DNA of 34,780 nucleotides, from positions 1-34,780 of the forward strand of contig CAYHLQ010000002.1 in assembly GCA_964357485.1 (NCBI GenBank), given 5' to 3'. The translations under genes and the position numbers were made by a program. Shown here in pieces: positions 28,201-34,680 of this stretch (its first letter is position 1; each line of letters begins with the position of its first letter). The notes below the pieces were generated by a model. It did no database searches, had not been told where the DNA came from, and saw only the letters and a program-made list of their open reading frames with translations. Origin of the DNA: an uncultured Candidatus Saccharibacteria bacterium (GTDB lineage: Bacteria; Patescibacteriota; Minisyncoccia; Phycocordibacterales; SBAW01).

Positions 28201-28743
28201 CTTACAGGCGAAGGTGGTGACATACGCGGAGATATAAACAAAGGCCGCGTCAATGTGGCGTTCTCTCGTGCCCGGCAACAAGTACACTGCTTTACCAGTA
28301 TCCCTCCGCAGGAGATGCCTGAGAAGATTTGGCTTAAGAAGTATCTAGAATATGCCGAGAAGCATGGCGAGGTTGCAATTAACTCAACCGAGCTGAAGCC
28401 TTTCGATTCATATTTCGAAGAGGAGTTTTATAATCTTATGAGTAAGAGTTTTAAGCGTGGTTACAGAATCCAAAATCAAGTAGAGAGCTGCGGGTTCAAA
28501 ATAGACTTTGTCATAAGTAATACAACAACAGGTAAGCGCTTAGCTATAGAGTGCGACGGCCCATGTCACTTCAAAGACGAGATAGACGAGGCCTATGGCA
28601 TCCATGTTGAGAGCGATGAGGAGCGTCAGCGCGTGTTAGAGGCGGCTGGATGGGAGTTCTGCCGTATCAAATATGCGGATTGGATCGACGAAAGTTTCGA
28701 CCGTGACATAGTAACAGAGACTATCGAGGACAAATTGAAATAA
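25219..28743 (+). CDS. Upf1-like SF1 helicase (DUF4011-like N-terminus, AAA_11/AAA_12 core) fused to a C-terminal Vsr/DUF559-type PD-(D/E)xK endonuclease
   Basis: Motif I GPPGTGKS (aa 322-329), motif II ILDEASQ (D765) and motif III VGDSEQM. Also HYHYRSP..INFSNKYFY, IIEGIQGDEKDIIVYS and NVAFSRARQ. The C-terminus reads KIDFVISNTTTGKRLAIECDGPCHF...EAAGWEFCRI. About 435 aa lie between motifs I and II. Confidence 0.9.
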   Translation: MEKDLANYIKYCLGYVRLTRERTVAAQQRYSVELPSKFFELGSLLNGDSDGKLGELIKLETFYKYDPKEVPEDELEQYEEEKAFANKIEDIYNKHRNDQFTKQVVFNFGYFEIELPIETNDTIDLEAEEDEESVPPKTKIDRYPLFALPIRIEKEITKAGVGHYYIYSVDPDVQVNIGMLEPILGADLYFQLLEEMGKYEMDGKFSMPILDLKLFTEIWRKIKAQLRLKEASFDEDSFSLEEIKIALSPRANYFLAEDLAKLSKLSEEELGETSLTSWIDNTDLTIQGETPHDSELYFPFPYDKYQLATLSLLGNKAAIIQGPPGTGKSETISNILCHLAANGKRVLFVSQKAQALKVVKDKLKKLDVKYLYGYLPNPNSAQIGEDDEADGIAPQLSGLGAHLEKLGYGAQRDGSITGPAERKAKYQDSFDNLIAGQQRYYKLHQELIGLKDFDLGVSDLECFTSAFSSVAWREIRDTKAEIEMLGKSIKKYERTDERKALDKLFSSIDLNGKTYAESIGSVKDDVAKTGYDRHFNLFRKVNNARRNVRLGGARAKLPREIVDYVDGILSGDTSRSEAVKSLESLHTHCLYYENKVKLNGLEKNLKSRLSTCGISSKEFEAIDVKVESTTSADMDGVKANMLRVQEIKKELKELTTAESLNKVSAALKRTEADRTKQISLYIQNIVNTNLLSKWMRGVAVRQIIQKLARAFGKSKRAFKTFDNLRKDPDNFNAILDLIPIWIMELDDASRIVPLEAGIFDYVILDEASQCNVAYTLPVMYRAQRALFVGDSEQMRDSTIMFKSNRVFDELARRYDIPDERQIKATGNAVQSVLDIAKNRGFMYKTLHYHYRSPMELINFSNKYFYKPNGKELIPLNNNYLTYKDTNRVMVVHEVQSDWSEEISDHVNVAEAKSILQLFEELRADERYQDKSIGILSFFNAQATFIRKLFNDAGYKEEENNYKVSIIEGIQGDEKDIIVYSFVIRNPAQRNRYMPLTGEGGDIRGDINKGRVNVAFSRARQQVHCFTSIPPQEMPEKIWLKKYLEYAEKHGEVAINSTELKPFDSYFEEEFYNLMSKSFKRGYRIQNQVESCGFKIDFVISNTTTGKRLAIECDGPCHFKDEIDEAYGIHVESDEERQRVLEAAGWEFCRIKYADWIDESFDRDIVTETIEDKLK

Positions 28744-28744
28744 T

Positions 28745-30292
28745 ATGGCCCACATAATCTCCAAAACGAACTTTCTCGGCTTCCTCAGCTGTCCGAAAAA
28801 TGTATGGCTTAAGTTCAACAAACCGGAGGTGCTGGAAAAGTTTCATCTATCTGAATTCGAGAAGCATATCCTTGAGCAGGGCAACGAGGTGGAGTCCTAC
28901 GCCCGTAATCTTTTTCCAGGCGGTGTAGAAGTAGTAGCCACTGGTGATGATGCCCTACAAGAGACGGTGCGTTTTATGGCTAGCAAGGTACCGACTATAT
29001 TCCAGGCAACCTTCTTGGTGGATAACTTTATTGCCAAGAACGACATGCTGTCATATGACACGGAGCAGAACCTATGGAATTTATACGAAGTAAAGGGCAC
29101 TAACTCTCTAAAGGAAGATAGTGGCGAAGGTGGTCGAGACCATATAGACGACCTTGCCTTTCAAGTGGCGGTATTAAATCGTGCCAAGATTCCTCTCGGT
29201 CGCTATTTCGTCATCCACCTAAACAAAGAATATGTTCGTTTAGGCGACTTGGATCTTAACGCACTTTTTACTATTGATGATGTCACAGAAAAAGTCGCAG
29301 CCCGCTTGCCTGAAATAGAAGTGCAAATGGCTTTGGCCCAGGATTACTTAAATAAGGAAAAAGAGCCTGTAGGAGGATGCGAGTGCGTTTACAAGAGCCG
29401 CAAGAAGCACTGCACAAGCTTTCCATATATCCACCCGCATGTACCCGACTACTCAGTGCATGACATAAGCCGAATCCATAAGACTAAGCTCGATTTGCTG
29501 GTCGAGAGGAGCATCTTTGATCTTAATGATGTGCCCGAAGATTTTAAATTGAGTCAAAACCAAAAGAACCAAGTGCTAGCCCATCGGCGACAAAAACCGA
29601 TGATAGATCTTGAAAGTATCAAGCGGGAGATGGAATCTATGAAGTTCCCTCTATACTTCTTTGACTATGAGGCATTTGGGCCAGCTATCCCCGTGTTTAA
29701 CGGCTATGGTCCCTACAAACGCATACCTTTTCAGTTCTCTCTGCACATACTCCACGAGCCCGGTGGCACTTTAGAACATGTCGAGTTCCTGCACGACAGT
29801 CTCTCGGATCCTTCTGAAAAGGTAGGACAACTCCTCAAAAAACATATGGCAACTCCGGGTACCGTAGTGGCCTGGCATAAAAGCTTCGAGGAAGGTGTTA
29901 ATAGAGAGATAGCTGCACGGTTGCCTGAATATGCAACGTCATTCGAGCGAATCAATGGCATGATGTTTGATCTTAAAGACATATTTCAGGATCAACATTA
30001 TGTACATCATGGATTTAAGGGTAGTGCTTCACTTAAGAAGGTCTTACCTACAATTGCTTCTGAACTACGATATGACGGACTTGGGATACAGGATGGAGGT
30101 ACTGCCGCAGACGCTTGGTGGAAAATGGTCTCACCGGCGACCTCTGCAAAAGAAAGTGAGCAAATTGCCAAAGACCTTAAGATTTATTGCGGCCTAGACA
30201 CATTTGCAATGTATGCAATTTGGCACCATTTGCAGGAAACTGTGGGGCACGAAAGTATAGGCCCAAGACTTTCATACCCACCTCTTGTGTGA
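28745..30292 (+). CDS. Cas4/RecB-like PD-(D/E)xK nuclease with 4-Cys cluster fused to a DEDDy 3'-5' exonuclease-like domain (DUF2779-like architecture)
   Basis: C16 plus C212-x-C214-x8-C223; D100...E115-V-K117; Q140. The C-terminal half has FFD307-Y-E309, WHKSFEE and Y481-CGL-D485. The start lies 1 nt after the helicase stop. Confidence 0.82.
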   Translation: MAHIISKTNFLGFLSCPKNVWLKFNKPEVLEKFHLSEFEKHILEQGNEVESYARNLFPGGVEVVATGDDALQETVRFMASKVPTIFQATFLVDNFIAKNDMLSYDTEQNLWNLYEVKGTNSLKEDSGEGGRDHIDDLAFQVAVLNRAKIPLGRYFVIHLNKEYVRLGDLDLNALFTIDDVTEKVAARLPEIEVQMALAQDYLNKEKEPVGGCECVYKSRKKHCTSFPYIHPHVPDYSVHDISRIHKTKLDLLVERSIFDLNDVPEDFKLSQNQKNQVLAHRRQKPMIDLESIKREMESMKFPLYFFDYEAFGPAIPVFNGYGPYKRIPFQFSLHILHEPGGTLEHVEFLHDSLSDPSEKVGQLLKKHMATPGTVVAWHKSFEEGVNREIAARLPEYATSFERINGMMFDLKDIFQDQHYVHHGFKGSASLKKVLPTIASELRYDGLGIQDGGTAADAWWKMVSPATSAKESEQIAKDLKIYCGLDTFAMYAIWHHLQETVGHESIGPRLSYPPLV

Positions 30293-30310
30293 GGATAAAT
30301 TCTACGCGAT

Positions 30311-31102
30311 ATGCCAACTCAAGAAGTACAGATCAATAAATGCATCTATTGTGGCGGGGTTGGACAAACTGACGAACATATAATGCCTTTTGCGCTGGCG
30401 GGCAAAAGTATTTTACGGAAAGCTAGTTGTGAGACGTGTCGGGATATTACCTCGCGATGCGAGGATAATCCTTTGCGGCAAAATTGGGCAGTGGCTCGTG
30501 CGGTATTGGACTATCCCTCTAGAAAGAGAGATTTCGATAAAGAGGTTTTTCCTCTTGAGGTTGTCTTAAAAGACGGCACTAAAACTGTACTTCAATTAAA
30601 ACGAAGTGAGACTGTAGGCTTCGCACCCTTCATGGAATATCCTCTTCCGGCTTTCTTTACTCCGAGTAGTAACTATAAGTCGGGTGTTGTTCTCTCTGGC
30701 CATACGCTGGTAGGATTCGGGCCCGACATAAAAATTCTAATCGAAAAGTACGGGATTAAGGAAATTAAATATAAGGTCACACACAAGAGTAATTACTTCG
30801 AAATAATGGTGGCGAAAATAGCCTATTGCGCTGCGGTCGCGGCTTGGGGCCTCGATGCTCTTCAGGAAAAGTTCGTGCTCCCAGCAATTCTTGGCGCCAA
30901 AGATGACGTAGGTTACTGGATGGGGTGCGACCCCGAAGGCAAAATAATACCGATGATAGGAAAACTAAACGCGGCAAATAGTATTAAACTCGGGGTCTGG
31001 CAGAGAGCAGATGATGAAAATAAATACATAATCGCGAGAATAAAGTTCTTCTCTCCATCCGATGCTCCTGAATATATTGTAGTCGTTGGCACTCTTAAAT
31101 AG
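30311..31102 (+). CDS. HNH-like (beta-beta-alpha-Me, zinc-ribbon) protein with ~200-aa uncharacterised C-terminal domain
   Basis: C11-IY-C14-GG...DEH23-IMPFALAG...C40-ET-C43. It lies 18 nt after the previous stop, on the same strand. Confidence 0.7.
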   Translation: MPTQEVQINKCIYCGGVGQTDEHIMPFALAGKSILRKASCETCRDITSRCEDNPLRQNWAVARAVLDYPSRKRDFDKEVFPLEVVLKDGTKTVLQLKRSETVGFAPFMEYPLPAFFTPSSNYKSGVVLSGHTLVGFGPDIKILIEKYGIKEIKYKVTHKSNYFEIMVAKIAYCAAVAAWGLDALQEKFVLPAILGAKDDVGYWMGCDPEGKIIPMIGKLNAANSIKLGVWQRADDENKYIIARIKFFSPSDAPEYIVVVGTLK

Positions 31103-31209
31103 AATTCTTGTTTCCCCGGTGAAACTTCAGTTTTCCTTACCGTAATTTTTTGGTGTTTAGGTAACTTAAACCGCACAAACCCCAACCGATGGTCGGCTTC
31201 CCGACACGC

Positions 31210-31232
31210 AAAAACCACCCGCTAAGGGTGGT
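31210..31232 (-). terminator. intrinsic terminator of the copper operon
   Basis: On the minus strand, ACCACCC-TTAGC-GGGTGGT followed by TTTTT. It lies 45 nt after the stop at 31277. Confidence 0.75.
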
Positions 31233-31276
31233 TGGTGCGAGGCTCTATCACTTTACCGTTCTGCTCTTTGGTAGAT

Positions 31277-31693
31277 TTAATACGAGATTGCTATTTCATC
31301 TCCATCGCGCATGACGTATTCGCCCAACTCGCTGCTTGCCTTGCCGTTGACGGTCATAGTAGCCCCCGAGGGGAATTCTTTGTTCCAGGCACTGAAGAAG
31401 TTTTCAAGCCGTAAGTCATCCTCGGTTACCTGTCCGCTAAACTCCATGTGGATGAGGCGGTCTTCATGCGTGTGTATTGGATTGTGCACCTTGCCAAGCC
31501 CTACGTCGGTTGGCACTTCCACAACCTTGCCCCCTTCGGTAATGGCAAGCTTTGCGTGCCAATGCAGGCCATTTTGCGCTAGTACGGTGGATGCGGGCAT
31601 TTCACTACCTTGTTGTGTTGCCGCAACCAAAGAGCCGCCGATGAGCAGTATGAGTACGCCGACTACTACGCCAGCAATCGTCAGTTTGTTCAT
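31277..31693 (-). CDS. signal-anchored/secreted protein with HWH and HTHE His motifs, putative metal-binding
   Basis: N-terminal TM/signal segment IAGVVVGVLILLIGGSLVAA, then LHWHAKL and NPIHTHEDRLIHME. It is the last gene of the cop operon. Confidence 0.65.
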   Translation of the reverse strand: MNKLTIAGVVVGVLILLIGGSLVAATQQGSEMPASTVLAQNGLHWHAKLAITEGGKVVEVPTDVGLGKVHNPIHTHEDRLIHMEFSGQVTEDDLRLENFFSAWNKEFPSGATMTVNGKASSELGEYVMRDGDEIAISY

Positions 31694-31698
31694 AGTAG

Positions 31699-32094
31699 TT
31701 AGCGGTTATACCAACTCTTCTGCCACTGCTGCATCTGACTAATCTCGCTTGTCTGGGCCGATATGATGGCCTTAGCCATATCCTTTATTTCTTGATGCTT
31801 GGCGTTCTGTAGGGCTGCCTGTGCCATAGAGACCGCACCCTGGTGGTGCATTATCATCCCCGAGAGAAACGCCTGGTCAAAGGCATCGCCAGTTTTGCCC
31901 TGGAGCCCTGCCATCATGTCGTCCATGGCGCCTCCCATGCCGCCACCCATGTCGTGGTTGCCCATCATCATGCCGCCTTGCATCATATGCTCGCCAGCCT
32001 CTGGCGCTTGGCTGCCACGCACCAGGTAACCGCCGCCAAAGCCGACAATGAGTACCAAGAGTCCGATAATCACCAAATTTGTATTTTTTTCCAT
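31699..32094 (-). CDS. DUF305-family protein with Met/Gly/His-rich linker
   Basis: FDQAFLSGMIMHHQGAVSMAQ...HQEIKDMAKAIISAQTSEISQMQQW is the DUF305 pattern. It is preceded by EHMMQGGMMMGNHDMGGGMGGAMDDMM. Confidence 0.82.
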   Translation of the reverse strand: MEKNTNLVIIGLLVLIVGFGGGYLVRGSQAPEAGEHMMQGGMMMGNHDMGGGMGGAMDDMMAGLQGKTGDAFDQAFLSGMIMHHQGAVSMAQAALQNAKHQEIKDMAKAIISAQTSEISQMQQWQKSWYNR

Positions 32095-32123
32095 TGTTTA
32101 GTTAGAGAACGAGTAATTGCTGC

Positions 32124-32489
32124 CTAAGCTATCTGCGGCTCTTTCCTATGCAATATGCCTTGCGAGAACAGCTCTTGTAAGAGCGTGGGCCGTTTAGGTA
32201 TCCGCTCGCGTTGCCGATATACCCCATACTGCTTGGTACTTGCATCTAAAAGGTTGACGCTGCTCAACACCGCAAGAGCCAGAGCAAAGAGTGCGACAAG
32301 CTCAGCCGCTATGGCTGCAAAAGAGGATTGCCAGTGCGTTAGGTGCTCTAGTGGGGCTATGCATGCCGAGGCCGAGGCTGAGAAGGGGCAGCCCGCGTGC
32401 TCCATAGGGGCGAGAATAACTATGTACAAACCGAATACCGCAGCAACTATAAAGGCAGTCAGTACGATTGATGTGTAGAGTCTAGTCAT
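32124..32489 (-). CDS. two-TM membrane protein with Cys/His motif (MEHAGCPF...ACIAPLEHLTH), hypothetical
   Basis: 121-aa ORF whose ATG overlaps the copB stop (ATGA), so it is translationally coupled. Confidence 0.6.
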   Translation of the reverse strand: MTRLYTSIVLTAFIVAAVFGLYIVILAPMEHAGCPFSASASACIAPLEHLTHWQSSFAAIAAELVALFALALAVLSSVNLLDASTKQYGVYRQRERIPKRPTLLQELFSQGILHRKEPQIA

Positions 32490-34399
32490 AGAGTGTTGCG
32501 GCGCAGCAGAGCTGCATTAAACGCTACTATCACAGTAGAGAGCGACATGAATACTGCGGCCACGGCAGGCTGAAGCATGATGCCCCACGCAGCCAATGCG
32601 CCTGCGGCAACCGGGAGAGCGATGATGTTGTACCCGCTTGCCCAAAAGAGGTTCTGTATCATCTTGGAGTAGGTGAGGCGCGAGAGTTTTATTATCTTGG
32701 GGATGTCGCGTGGGTCATTTTTGACGAGTATAATTCCGGCCGACTCGATTGCGACGTTCGTTCCTGCGCCGATTGCGATTCCTAGGTCAGCTTGAGTAAG
32801 AGCCGGAGCATCATTAACCCCATCGCCGACCATCGCCACCTTCTTGCCCTGAGACTGGAGAAGCTTTACTTTTTGCGACTTTTCTTCCGGGCGCACGCGG
32901 GCAAAGTACTCGTCTATACCAAGCTCCTTTGCTACCTCTTTTGCCACCTCCTCAGAGTCGCCGGTAATCATGGCGATTGAGACACCCATAGTGCGCAGGG
33001 CTTCTACCGCTTCCTTTGCCTCGGGGCGTATCGTGTCGGCCAACTTAATTGCACCGAGCGACTTTCCGTCTACCTCAACCACAATGTCTGTGCCGCCGCG
33101 ATGTCCAACAAAAACCTTTGCGCCATCTACCATCGCTTCAGCACCAATGCCTGCGAGTCGCTTAAACTGCTGGGCAGTCGAAACAGAGAGGCCGCGCTTG
33201 TGCGCTTCGGCCACAATCGCTTTGCCAATCGGATGTTCGGACTGCTTCTCCACGGCTGCAGCTGCCACAATGGCTTCGTCCGAGGCGGAGACTACCGAGA
33301 ACTTGCCCTCAGTCAGCGTTCCTGTCTTATCAAAAAGTACAGTTGTGATGTTGCGTGCCGCCTCAAGCGCGATACGGCGTTTTACGAAAAAGCCGTTCTT
33401 GGAAGCCATAGTGGTCGAGATAGAGGCAACAAGCGGAATAGCGAGTCCCAGAGCATGGGGACAGGTAATTACCAAGACTGCCACAAGACGCTCGATTGCA
33501 AAACCAAAGCTCTCGCCGACAGCGAGCCAGGCAGCCAACGTGAGACCTCCTGCAACTACTGCGAGTATCGTGAGATAGAAAGCGGCCCGGTCAGAAAGCA
33601 ACTGCAGGCGCGATTTAGAACTCTCGGCCTCGGCCACCAAGCGCATAACTCCAGCCAAAAAGGTCTCGGCTCCTAGGCGCTCTATGCGTATATGCAAACT
33701 GCCGTCGCCGTTGATTGACCCAGCTATAACCTCTGCGTCTGTAGTCTTGTGCACCGGCTTTGACTCGCCGGTAATAAGAGACTCGTCGAGCTCGGAGTCG
33801 CCTTCGATGATTATCCCGTCTGCAGGTACTTTGCCTCCGGGGCGTACCAGTACAATGTCGCCCTTTATAAGCTCGGCAATAGAGACCATGACCGACTTGC
33901 CGTCACGGATTACCTCGGCCTTGTCCGGTAAGAGCTTGGCAAGCTCGCTCAGTGCGCCTTTTGCACTTTGCACCGCACGCATCTCGACGTAGTGCCCAAT
34001 GAGCATCACTGCGATAAGCGTAGAGAGCTCCCAGTACAAAGACATGCCTTCGCCGGAGATAGTGACCCAAACGCTATAGAGGTAGGCCGCAGATATGGCC
34101 AGCGCGATAAGCGTCATCATCCCGGGGAGCCTATCTTTTATCTCGCTCCACGCGCCTTTAAGGAACACTAGTCCTCCGTAAAAGAAAACAATGCTCCCAA
34201 GAATTAGCTGGAGGTATGTCGAGCCGGGGAAGGACGGGGCTGTCCATCCAAAAAAAGCTTGCGGAAGGTCGGAGTATAGGATGATAGGCACGGTAAGACC
34301 AAGTGCGACCCAGAACTTCGTTAAAAAGTCCTCGGTGTGGTGTCCCGCGTGCTTGTCATGGCCTTGTTCGCTATGGTTGTGCTCGTGGGAGTGTTCCAT
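32486..34399 (-). CDS. copB: copper-translocating P1B-type ATPase, CopB-like (CPH motif, His-rich N-terminus, no CxxC HMA domain)
   Basis: MEHSHEHNHSEQGHDKHAGHH, TGES, TM motif ITCPHALGLAIP, DKTGTLT, MITGD and GDGVNDAPAL. Confidence 0.93.
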   Translation of the reverse strand: MEHSHEHNHSEQGHDKHAGHHTEDFLTKFWVALGLTVPIILYSDLPQAFFGWTAPSFPGSTYLQLILGSIVFFYGGLVFLKGAWSEIKDRLPGMMTLIALAISAAYLYSVWVTISGEGMSLYWELSTLIAVMLIGHYVEMRAVQSAKGALSELAKLLPDKAEVIRDGKSVMVSIAELIKGDIVLVRPGGKVPADGIIIEGDSELDESLITGESKPVHKTTDAEVIAGSINGDGSLHIRIERLGAETFLAGVMRLVAEAESSKSRLQLLSDRAAFYLTILAVVAGGLTLAAWLAVGESFGFAIERLVAVLVITCPHALGLAIPLVASISTTMASKNGFFVKRRIALEAARNITTVLFDKTGTLTEGKFSVVSASDEAIVAAAAVEKQSEHPIGKAIVAEAHKRGLSVSTAQQFKRLAGIGAEAMVDGAKVFVGHRGGTDIVVEVDGKSLGAIKLADTIRPEAKEAVEALRTMGVSIAMITGDSEEVAKEVAKELGIDEYFARVRPEEKSQKVKLLQSQGKKVAMVGDGVNDAPALTQADLGIAIGAGTNVAIESAGIILVKNDPRDIPKIIKLSRLTYSKMIQNLFWASGYNIIALPVAAGALAAWGIMLQPAVAAVFMSLSTVIVAFNAALLRRNTL

Positions 34400-34400
34400 A

Positions 34401-34673
34401 TTACTTTTTCTTTTGAGCTAGCTTATAGACCTTAAGAATTTCGGCTACGGCTTTTTGCTCTTTGCCGCCTTTTATCTGCTGCAGCACATGGGTAGAGAGG
34501 TGGTTTTCAAGTATCAAGTCCTCAACCCCCGACAGTGCTTCTTTTATTGCGCTCGTCTGGGTAATAATGTCCACGCAATACTTTTCCTCGTCCACCATCT
34601 TTGCCAAACCCTTAAGCTGGCCTTGTACGATGCTCAGCCGTCTCACTGCTTTCTTTTTTAAGTCCGCTCTCAT
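34401..34673 (-). CDS. csoR: CsoR/RcnR-family metal-sensing repressor
   Basis: RRLSIVQGQLKGLAKMVDEEKYCVDIITQTSAIKEAL...ENHLSTH. The start is set at the ATG at 34673 (MRADLKKK), or alternatively 34682. The ORF extension to 34709 runs through the promoter. Confidence 0.85.
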   Translation of the reverse strand: MRADLKKKAVRRLSIVQGQLKGLAKMVDEEKYCVDIITQTSAIKEALSGVEDLILENHLSTHVLQQIKGGKEQKAVAEILKVYKLAQKKK

Positions 34674-34680
34674 TATTTCC

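Larger units (their letters stand above)
20229..31209. mobile_element. integrative genomic island at the tRNA-Ser 3' end (right boundary not identified; placed at the compositional shift / cop-operon terminator)
   Basis: The integrase stop lies 30 nt from the tRNA end, and an int-xis-wHTH module is present. Base composition and codon style change sharply in blocks. The cargo is made of unknowns and nuclease/helicase genes. No attR direct repeat was found by eye. Confidence 0.6.

Noticed and set aside
31232-31414. 60-aa plus-strand ORF downstream of the HNH gene, considered as a possible fourth operon member.
   Set aside because: It begins within or just past the 3' end of the cop-operon terminator hairpin. 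It is antisense to the secreted His-motif gene, and its composition matches that gene's complement.
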